Source: Armatimonadota bacterium | GTDB lineage: Bacteria; Armatimonadota; DTGP01; JAKQQT01 | Direction: 5' to 3' | Assembly (NCBI GenBank): GCA_036504095.1 | Contig: DASXVS010000024.1 | Location: 145,257 to 209,256 of the forward strand | DNA: 64,000 nucleotides | In this document: piece after piece, positions 57,170 through 64,000 of the stretch | Position numbering within the stretch: the stretch's first letter is position 1 | Layout of the letters: each line of letters starts with the position of its first letter | The notes under the pieces: generated by a model | Database searches by the model: none | What the model was told of the DNA's origin: nothing | Seen by the model: only the letters and a program-made list of their open reading frames with translations | Made by a program: the position numbers and the translations under genes

Positions 57170-57700
57170 TCACCCGGTTATGAACACGCGAATCCGCGCC
57201 AATGCTTCTTCGACCCCGCGCCGGGCGGTCTCAGTGAGGCCTTCGCGGAATCCCATGTCTTCGGCCGCAACGGTGACATACCACGCGGGCGGGCACTTCC
57301 CAAAAACGACCTGGGCCAGGCCGAGGAGCCTGGCCGGATCGCCCGAGTGAGCCGAAGATGCCGTGGGGTCCATCGGGTCCACTTCGGCTACGGTCACTTC
57401 CCCGGGGCTGCCCGGTGACGCGGCATCGGCAAAGATCACCAGACCGGCTTCCGAGATGTCTTCCGCGAGTTCCGGCGTGAGTTGATGACAGGCGATGACG
57501 CGGACGTCCGGGAGGTTCCACGCGTCAACGGCCTCCGCAATGATGATGCCGATAGCATCGTCGCCGCGAAGGCCGTTGCCGTAACCAATCAGGAGAACAG
57601 GATTCAGGATTCGGGATTCAGGATTCAGCCCAGCCACGGTAGGTCCGGCGTCTCGCCGGACAACTGGATCCTGAATCCTGAACCCTGAATCCTCGCTCAC
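57170..57700 (-). CDS. hoxW: [NiFe] hydrogenase maturation endopeptidase (HoxW/HybD-like)
   Basis: VLLIGYGNGLRGDDAIGI motif. The N-terminal 35 codons are encoded by the GGATTCAGG repeat element, so the start is uncertain. Confidence 0.7.
   Translation of the reverse strand: MSEDSGFRIQDPVVRRDAGPTVAGLNPESRILNPVLLIGYGNGLRGDDAIGIIIAEAVDAWNLPDVRVIACHQLTPELAEDISEAGLVIFADAASPGSPGEVTVAEVDPMDPTASSAHSGDPARLLGLAQVVFGKCPPAWYVTVAAEDMGFREGLTETARRGVEEALARIRVFITG
57598..57695. repeat. palindromic repeat of GGATTCA(G/C)G 7-mers with a central hairpin CCGGCGTCTCGCCGG
   Basis: Arms caggattcaggattcgggattcaggattcag and ctggatcctgaatcctgaaccctgaatcctc. Confidence 0.6.
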
Positions 57701-57706
57701 TAACTC

Positions 57707-59131
57707 CTATCCTCGCGTGATCGAGTCCGCCACGGTGCCGTCCGGGTTTACCAGCGTGATGATCATCGGCATCTGGCCGGCGGCGTGGGTGGAGCACGAG
57801 AGGCACGGATCGTAGCACCGGATCACCGCTTCTACGCGGTTCAGCATCCCCTCGTGGAGGTTCTTGCCATCCACGAAGCGCTGAGCGACCTGCAGGACGC
57901 CCTTGTTCATCGCCAGGTTGTTGTGACCGGTGGCGATGATGAGGTTGGCCTTGGTGATCAGGCCGTCGTCGTCGATTTCGTAGTCGTGGATCAGCGTGCC
58001 GCGCGGGGCTTCGGAAACGCCGATGCCGTGGCTGGCGTTCGGCGCGGCCTTAGCGCGAACGTGCGTATTCAGGATGTCCGTCTGGGTGAGCAACTCCTCG
58101 ATCTTCTCCAGCGCGTAGAGGATCTCGATGAGGCGCGCGGTGTGGTAGTGGAACGAGCTCAGGATCGAGCCCGAAGCCATTGCACGGAACTCGTGGAGAG
58201 CGGCGTCCGCTTCCGGCGTGCCGCACTTGTCCACGGTGTTCAATCGGGCAAGCGGGCCGACGCGGTAGAGACCGTACGGGTAGCCCAGCGGCTTGTAGTA
58301 CGGCATCTTCAGGTAGGTCCACTCCTCGGCGGCTTCCCCGATGATGTCCGCATAGTCCGCGGGGGCGACGCCGTCCGCAACGATCTTGCGGTCCGAGTCC
58401 ACCACGCGGAACTTGCCGTCGTAATGCTCCAGTTCGCCCTCTTTGCCCACGATGCTCATAAACAGCGACGGGAAGTTGGCGAAAGAGTCCAGTTCGTCGG
58501 CGAACTTGGGCGCGGTGCGGCGGAACAGGTCCAGCGCCAGGCGTGTGGTGTCCTTGGCTTCCGGCAGTCCGGCGAGGATGCGATCGCGTTCCTCAACGGT
58601 CAGCGGGTCGTTGACGCCGCCGGGGACGATCCACGCCGGGTGGATTTTGCGGCCGCCCAGCGTTTCGATGATCTCCTGGCCGTATTTGCGCAGGCGGATG
58701 CCGGCCAGCGCCAGGTCCGGGAACTTCTCGGCGAGGCCGAAGACGTTTCGGGTGGCGGGGTCGGAATCCATTCCCAACAGGAAGTCCGGCGAGGAGAGGT
58801 GGAAGAACGACAGCGCGTGGCTTTGCGTGATCTGTCCAAGGTTCATCAAGCGGCGCAGATTGGCGCCGGTTTCCGGTACCTTCACCGCCAGCAGGCCGTC
58901 GCAGGCCTTGGCGGAGGCTACCAGGTGACTCACCGGGCAGATTCCGCATATCCTCGCCATCAGGGAGGGCATTTCGTAGAAGGGGCGGCCCTCGGCGAAT
59001 TTTTCGAAACCGCGTACTTGCGTTACGTGGAACCTGGCGTCCGATACGCGTCCATCGTCACCCAGGGTCAGCGTAATTTTCGCGTGACCCTCAATGCGGG
59101 TGACGGGGTCTATGGTTATTGTTTGTGCCAT
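57707..59131 (-). CDS. hoxH: bidirectional NAD(P)-linked [NiFe] hydrogenase large subunit (group 3d)
   Basis: N-terminal [10 protein letters not shown] and C-terminal [10 protein letters not shown] Ni-binding motifs. N-terminus very close to the HoxH consensus. Confidence 0.85.
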   Translation of the reverse strand: MAQTITIDPVTRIEGHAKITLTLGDDGRVSDARFHVTQVRGFEKFAEGRPFYEMPSLMARICGICPVSHLVASAKACDGLLAVKVPETGANLRRLMNLGQITQSHALSFFHLSSPDFLLGMDSDPATRNVFGLAEKFPDLALAGIRLRKYGQEIIETLGGRKIHPAWIVPGGVNDPLTVEERDRILAGLPEAKDTTRLALDLFRRTAPKFADELDSFANFPSLFMSIVGKEGELEHYDGKFRVVDSDRKIVADGVAPADYADIIGEAAEEWTYLKMPYYKPLGYPYGLYRVGPLARLNTVDKCGTPEADAALHEFRAMASGSILSSFHYHTARLIEILYALEKIEELLTQTDILNTHVRAKAAPNASHGIGVSEAPRGTLIHDYEIDDDGLITKANLIIATGHNNLAMNKGVLQVAQRFVDGKNLHEGMLNRVEAVIRCYDPCLSCSTHAAGQMPMIITLVNPDGTVADSITRG

Positions 59132-59144
59132 TATTTTCCTTCCG

Positions 59145-59666
59145 TCATCCGAACTTGGGCGCCGGCGCGTCTTCGCGCTTCTGGCCGGCCAGCAGGTTGC
59201 TGATCGTATCGAAGATCAGGTCCGCGGGCGGCGGGCACCCCGGCACGTAGACGTCCACGTTCACGAACTCGTGGATCGGTCTTGATTTCCTCAGCAGCGT
59301 GGGAACGGGTCCGCCGCCCAGCGGGATGACCCCGTCGCCGTAGATGGCGTGGAGCATCCTGTTCGGTTCGAACTGGTTTCGCATGCTGGGCACGTTTGAC
59401 GTTACGCTGCAATCGCCCAGCGCCACCAGGATTTTGGAGCGCTCGCGGATTTTGAGGATCTTCTCCTCATCTTCGTCGCTGCTCACAGCGCCTTCCACCA
59501 GGGCGACGTCAACGTTCTCCGGGAACTCCTTCACGTCCGCGATGGGACTGTGGACCAACTGGATGAGCGGCGCGATGTCCAGCAGGCGCTCGTCCAAGTC
59601 CAGAAAGGACATATGGCAACCGGAGCAGCCATCCAGCCACACCGTTGCAACACGGGTTTTGCTCAC
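59145..59666 (-). CDS. hoxY: [NiFe] hydrogenase small subunit
   Basis: [11 protein letters not shown]...GCPP Fe-S ligands. Confidence 0.85.
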   Translation of the reverse strand: MSKTRVATVWLDGCSGCHMSFLDLDERLLDIAPLIQLVHSPIADVKEFPENVDVALVEGAVSSDEDEEKILKIRERSKILVALGDCSVTSNVPSMRNQFEPNRMLHAIYGDGVIPLGGGPVPTLLRKSRPIHEFVNVDVYVPGCPPPADLIFDTISNLLAGQKREDAPAPKFG

Positions 59667-60376
59667 TTCTTCCCCTCCCGCATTTGCGTCAGGTAAGGCA
59701 GGAATGCCTTGCGTTTCACCATTTCACCCACGGACCGGCCCTTTTCGAAGAGCGCGCCGGTGGGGCATACGTTCACGCACTTGCCGCAGCTAGTACACGA
59801 CTCGGATTTGCCCCATGGCTCGTTCATGTCCGTGATGACCTTGGCGTCTATGCCGCGGCCCATGACGTCCCACGTGTGCGCGCCTTCGATTTCGTCACAA
59901 GCGCGCACGCATCGGGTGCAGAGGATGCAGCGGTTGTGGTCCAGCACGAAGCGTTCGTGCGAGGCGTCCACCGGCAGCGTCGGGTAGCGGTATGGCACCC
60001 GCATGTGGTCCACGCCGAGCCGCATGGCCATGGCCTGCAGTTCGCAGTGACCGTTGGACACGCAGACGGAGCAGATGTGATTGCGCTCGCTGAACATCAG
60101 CTCCACGATCGTCATGCGATAGTGCAGCAGACGCTCTGAGTCGGTGGTCACGCTCATGCCTTCGCTCACTTTCGTGACGCAGGCGGGCAGGAGCTTCGGG
60201 ATCCCTTTGACCTCGACCATGCAGAGGCGGCACGCGCCTACGTCGCAGAGGCCTTCGAGGTGGCAAAGGGTCGGTATTTTAACGTTCGCTTCCTTCGCGG
60301 CATCGAGGATGGTATAGTCCTCGCGCGCGCTGACGTCTCGACCGTCAATCGTCAGGGTTATGACTTTGGCAGGCAT
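59663..60376 (-). CDS. hoxU: hydrogenase diaphorase subunit HoxU (NuoG-like 2Fe-2S/4Fe-4S)
   Basis: [15 protein letters not shown], CxxCxxCxxxC clusters. Confidence 0.8.
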   Translation of the reverse strand: MPAKVITLTIDGRDVSAREDYTILDAAKEANVKIPTLCHLEGLCDVGACRLCMVEVKGIPKLLPACVTKVSEGMSVTTDSERLLHYRMTIVELMFSERNHICSVCVSNGHCELQAMAMRLGVDHMRVPYRYPTLPVDASHERFVLDHNRCILCTRCVRACDEIEGAHTWDVMGRGIDAKVITDMNEPWGKSESCTSCGKCVNVCPTGALFEKGRSVGEMVKRKAFLPYLTQMREGKK

Positions 60377-62007
60377 CAGGCCACCTCCGCGTGGATTTTA
60401 CTGGGCGATTTCATTTTGCAGACGCCGGCCGGGCACACGTGATCCCTGATGTGCGCGAGGTACTCGTCGCGGAAATAGCGCAGCGTGCTGAGAACGGGAT
60501 TCGGGGAAGTCTGGCCAAGGCCGCAGAGGCTAGAGAAGCGCACGACTTCGCAGAGTTCCTCCAGGAGGTCGAGGTCCTTCATAGACGCCCGGCCCTGGGT
60601 GATCTTTTCCAGGAGTTCGTGCATCTGCATGGTACCGACCCGGCAGGGTACGCACTTTCCACAGGATTCCGTCATACAGAACTCCATGAAGTAGCGCGCC
60701 ACGTCCACCATGCACGAGGTCTCGTCCATCACGATCATGCCGCCGGACCCCATAATCGAGCCCGCCTGCGCCAATGATTCGTAGGTGACAGCCATGTCCA
60801 GGAACTGTTCCGGGATACAGCCGCCGGAGGGTCCGCCCGTTTGAACGGCCTTGAATTTGCGGCCGTCCGGAATTCCCCCGCCGATATCGAAGATGATGTC
60901 GCGGAGGACGGTGCCCATCGGCACTTCGATGAGTCCGGTGTTCTGCACCCGTCCGGCCAGCGCGAAGACCTTGGTGCCCTTGCTCTTCTCGGTGCCGATT
61001 CCGGAGAACCACTCGCCGCCGTTACGTATGATGGGCGCCACGTTGGCGAAGGTCTCCACGTTATTGATGAGCGTGGGGCAGTCCCAGAGGCCGGACGCCG
61101 CCGGGAACGGCGGGCGGGGCCGCGGGCTGCCGCGGTTGCCTTCGATGCTGGAGATGAGCGCGGTTTCCTCGCCGCACACGAATGCGCCGGCGCCGAGGCG
61201 GATATCAACCGTGAAGCGGAACGAGGACCCGCAGATGTTGCTGCCCAGGAACCCCGCGCGCTCCGCCTGGCGGATCGCGTTCTTCAGGCGCTTGACCGCC
61301 AGCGGGTACTCCGCGCGGCAGTAAACGTAACCGCTGTCCGCGCCGACGGCGTAGCCGGCGATGGCCATGCCCTCGAGGACGCGGAACGGATCGCTTTCGA
61401 GGACGCTGCGGTCCATGAACGCGCCGGGGTCGCCCTCGTCCGCGTTGCAGATTACGTACTTGCGGGCGCCATCGGCCTTGGCCACGGTGCCCCATTTGAG
61501 GCCCGAGGGATAGCCGCCGCCTCCACGGCCCCGGAGGCCGCTGGTGACCATCTCGGAGATGACCTCGGACGGCTCCATTTCGCCAACCGCCTTGGCCAGG
61601 GCGTCATAGCCGCCCACCGCCGTGTAATCGTCCAGTTTGTCCGGGTCGACTTCACCGGAGTTCTCGAGGACGATCTTCACCTGTCGGGTGAAGAAGGACT
61701 GCTCGGCGTCACACTCAAGGCGCTTGACCGGCTTCTTGCCGATGCTTTCCACGATCTCGCCGGCGTCTTCCGGCACCATCGCCTGGTAGAGGATCCCGTC
61801 CGGGCTCACCCGGAGGAGCGGACCCGCCATGCAAAGGCCGAGACAGCCGACGCCGCGCACCGCAACCCGTTCCGCGAGACCGCGGGCGTCTATTTCCTTC
61901 TCCAGTGCTTCCTTTACGAGGTCGCCCTGGCAGGAGAGACAGCCGGCGGCGACGCAGATGTCCAGTGTTGTCTGGGCCTGCGTTCCGTTAGTGGTTTCTT
62001 CAGGCAT
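60376..62007 (-). CDS. hoxF: hydrogenase diaphorase subunit HoxF (NuoF-like, NAD/FMN binding)
   Basis: [23 protein letters not shown] and N-terminal thioredoxin-like Cys pairs. Confidence 0.85.
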   Translation of the reverse strand: MPEETTNGTQAQTTLDICVAAGCLSCQGDLVKEALEKEIDARGLAERVAVRGVGCLGLCMAGPLLRVSPDGILYQAMVPEDAGEIVESIGKKPVKRLECDAEQSFFTRQVKIVLENSGEVDPDKLDDYTAVGGYDALAKAVGEMEPSEVISEMVTSGLRGRGGGGYPSGLKWGTVAKADGARKYVICNADEGDPGAFMDRSVLESDPFRVLEGMAIAGYAVGADSGYVYCRAEYPLAVKRLKNAIRQAERAGFLGSNICGSSFRFTVDIRLGAGAFVCGEETALISSIEGNRGSPRPRPPFPAASGLWDCPTLINNVETFANVAPIIRNGGEWFSGIGTEKSKGTKVFALAGRVQNTGLIEVPMGTVLRDIIFDIGGGIPDGRKFKAVQTGGPSGGCIPEQFLDMAVTYESLAQAGSIMGSGGMIVMDETSCMVDVARYFMEFCMTESCGKCVPCRVGTMQMHELLEKITQGRASMKDLDLLEELCEVVRFSSLCGLGQTSPNPVLSTLRYFRDEYLAHIRDHVCPAGVCKMKSPSKIHAEVA

Positions 62008-62560
62008 TTGCCACCTCCGCTCCCGGCGATTCGAGCCAGTTCGTGATGCGTGCCTTCATATCGTTGTCGCCGATCCGTCCGACGACCTCGCCGTCCATCA
62101 CAACGGCGGGAGCGAGTCCGCAGGAGCCGAGGCAGCGGGCGCTGAGCAGCGACAGCTTGCCGTCTGCCGTGGTCTCGCCGGTGGAGATTCCGGCAACTTC
62201 GTTCACCGCGGCAACGAGTGTCGGCGCGCCCTTGATGTAGCAGGCGGTGCCCATGCAAACAACGCATGTGTGCTCGCCCTGCGGCTTCAGCGTGAAGAAA
62301 TGGTAGAACGTCGCCACGCCGTACACTTTGCTGAGCGGAACGCCCAGAGCGTGGGCTACCTGCTTCAGCGAGTCGTCATCCAGGTATCCATAGACTTCCT
62401 GAACGGTGTGCAGCGTCTCAATGAGGGCTTGCGACGAATGGCCGTGGCGGCGCATGGTAGCGCTTACGAGTTTCCACCGGCGGTCGTCGGAACCAGGCGC
62501 GCCTGGGGGCGCGGGGCCGGCTTTGCTTCCCTGAACCGTGGTTTGATCGCTTTGCATCAA
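62000..62560 (-). CDS. hoxE: hydrogenase diaphorase subunit HoxE (NuoE-like 2Fe-2S)
   Basis: [12 protein letters not shown]...CLGSCGLAP. Confidence 0.8.
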   Translation of the reverse strand: MMQSDQTTVQGSKAGPAPPGAPGSDDRRWKLVSATMRRHGHSSQALIETLHTVQEVYGYLDDDSLKQVAHALGVPLSKVYGVATFYHFFTLKPQGEHTCVVCMGTACYIKGAPTLVAAVNEVAGISTGETTADGKLSLLSARCLGSCGLAPAVVMDGEVVGRIGDNDMKARITNWLESPGAEVANA

Positions 62561-62918
62561 CAGAGGTCCTTTCGGTTGATATAGGAGTGCCCCGAGCCTG
62601 CGGGGTGCGTTTCAGCAGACGACCGGGGCGATGCGAGATCGCCGACCGCGAGCGAACCGTCGGGACGCCCGGCCGACCCCGATCGCAGACACGATTCCAC
62701 GGAGTCAACGGAGTCCAGCGGGCCGCACAGCCCCGGCACCAGCGTCAAAGGTTTATTCGTTCTGATTATCAATCTGGTCACCTGCCTCGTCATTTCGGAA
62801 TCTGCATGATTAGTCTCGTCATCTATGATGCCGAAGGTCAAGTCCTGGCGTGTTTATTAAACGGCGCGCCAACATGCGCGCGGTCATCGCGCGGGGAGAC
62901 CTTGGTCATAGCGAGGGC

Positions 62919-63986
62919 TTATGAATGCTTTGCCGGGAATCCCATTTCCTCAGCGTAGACGTCCTGAAAGCCCGGTTCTTCGCTGAGTGAAATGTGTTTT
63001 ACCCGGCCGAGGAGGTCCGCGAAATCGGGGTCGTGCGACCCATCCATGCAGAGCGCGATTTTAGCGCCGAGGAGGGCGCTGTTGCCTACCGGGGCGACCT
63101 GCTCCTTCGTGAACTTCAGCAGGCCGATGCGCTGCGCGCTGGCGCGGCTGATGTAATTGCCGAACGCGCCCGCCAGGTAGACCCGCTTGACGTCGCCCAA
63201 TCCGGCGCCCCATCGGTTCAACAACAACCGGATGCCGGCGGCGATGGCGCCTTTCGCCAGTTGCAGTTCGCGGATATCCGTCTGCGTGATGCGGATGGGC
63301 TCGCAGATGCTCATGTCCGCCTCGCCGTTCCAGAGGCGTCCGCCGGGTTTGATGCGCTGCTGGTCGAGGCCAACGGCCACCGCGTCCACCAGCCCGCTTC
63401 CGCAGATGCCCGTCGGTTCGACGCCCCCCAGAACCTCGCATTCCATCCGGCCATCCGATCCGGTGACCTTCCAGATGGCGCCGCTTGAAGCGCGCATCCC
63501 GCTGGAGATACGCGCCCCCTCGAACGCCGGGCCCGCCGCGGTGGAGGCGCAAAGCAGCCCCTCGCGGTTGCCCAGCACGATCTCACCATTCGTCCCCAGG
63601 TCTACCAGCGCGACGAGGTCCTCGCTCAGGTGCACGCCGGTCGCCAGCAGGCCGGCGAGGATGTCGCTGCCGACGAACCCGCCGAGGCAGGGAAGAAAAC
63701 GGACCTCCGGCTCGCCGATCCCGTCCCAGCCGAGTTCTTCGGCGGTCAGGATCTGCAGGCCGTCATCAACCGGCTCAAACGGCGTATGGGACAGCGGCTC
63801 CAAGGTGATGCTGCAAAACAGGTGATGCATCACCGTGTTGCCGACCAGCGCGACGGCGGCGATCCGTTCGCCGTCCTTCTCCGCGACGTGCAGCAACTGG
63901 TGGATGAGTTTCCCGATGGCGCCGCGAATCAGCGTCTGAAGGTGCTCCTGGCCGGGCGGGGTCATGGAGAACTCAACGCGGCTCAT
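62919..63986 (-). CDS. ASKHA-domain protein (DUF4445; C-terminal domain of corrinoid-activation RACo-like proteins)
   Basis: DLGTNGEIVLG...CGSGLVDAV...LAGAFGNYI are ASKHA ATPase motifs. An upstream gene ends at 63984 and may be the N-terminal part. Confidence 0.5.
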   Translation of the reverse strand: MSRVEFSMTPPGQEHLQTLIRGAIGKLIHQLLHVAEKDGERIAAVALVGNTVMHHLFCSITLEPLSHTPFEPVDDGLQILTAEELGWDGIGEPEVRFLPCLGGFVGSDILAGLLATGVHLSEDLVALVDLGTNGEIVLGNREGLLCASTAAGPAFEGARISSGMRASSGAIWKVTGSDGRMECEVLGGVEPTGICGSGLVDAVAVGLDQQRIKPGGRLWNGEADMSICEPIRITQTDIRELQLAKGAIAAGIRLLLNRWGAGLGDVKRVYLAGAFGNYISRASAQRIGLLKFTKEQVAPVGNSALLGAKIALCMDGSHDPDFADLLGRVKHISLSEEPGFQDVYAEEMGFPAKHS

Positions 63987-64000
63987 GACATCGCCCCCAT

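Noticed and set aside
57785-62046. Long plus-strand ORFs (472 aa at 57785..59203, 401 aa at 60841..62046) opposite hoxH and hoxF
   Set aside because: Antisense to the highly conserved hydrogenase genes.

Overview
This is a high-GC (~65%) bacterial chromosomal segment that is densely coding on both strands. I see no rRNA, tRNA, CRISPR array, transposase or integrase in it. The gene content points to a free-living heterotroph, possibly from the PVC superphylum or Armatimonadota. The hints are a prepilin/DUF1559 protein, dockerin-like C-termini, and many secreted glycoside hydrolases (GH families) and beta-helix proteins.

Recognisable blocks are:
- a carbohydrate-active cluster at 0.5-6.5 kb (GH29 fucosidase, GH16, esterase, beta-helix protein)
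- an MFS transporter fused to a HEAT-repeat domain
- tdk, ribokinase, and a PadR regulator with a membrane-protein module
- dapF and a large serine hydrolase
- a MoaD-like sulfur carrier translationally coupled to a BNR-repeat protein
- a HigB/HigA pair
- DAHP synthase and an ABC transporter
- a radical SAM/SPASM maturase with two tandem secreted paralogs
- an S8 protease with a dockerin-like C-terminus
- an ECF sigma/anti-sigma operon
- GH172
- metY and metB
- a complete hoxEFUYH-hoxW bidirectional [NiFe] hydrogenase operon

The most unusual observations are:
- a ~1.5 kb low-GC two-gene islet (single-HKD PLD-family nuclease plus a tiny acidic protein) inserted at the 3' end of the DAHP synthase gene, flanked by an imperfect ~110 bp duplication of that gene's 3' end
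- a thioredoxin-fold redoxin read as one frame through a single in-frame TGA in a UxxC motif, with a downstream hairpin, which makes it a candidate selenoprotein that the ORF track splits in two
- a radical SAM/SPASM enzyme in an operon with two paralogous proteins carrying a copper-amine-oxidase-N-like domain
- an ECF sigma regulon defined by a shared promoter motif, which includes Met/Cys-rich small secreted proteins
- several families of structured intergenic repeats

All functional calls come from motif recognition by eye. No database searches were run.
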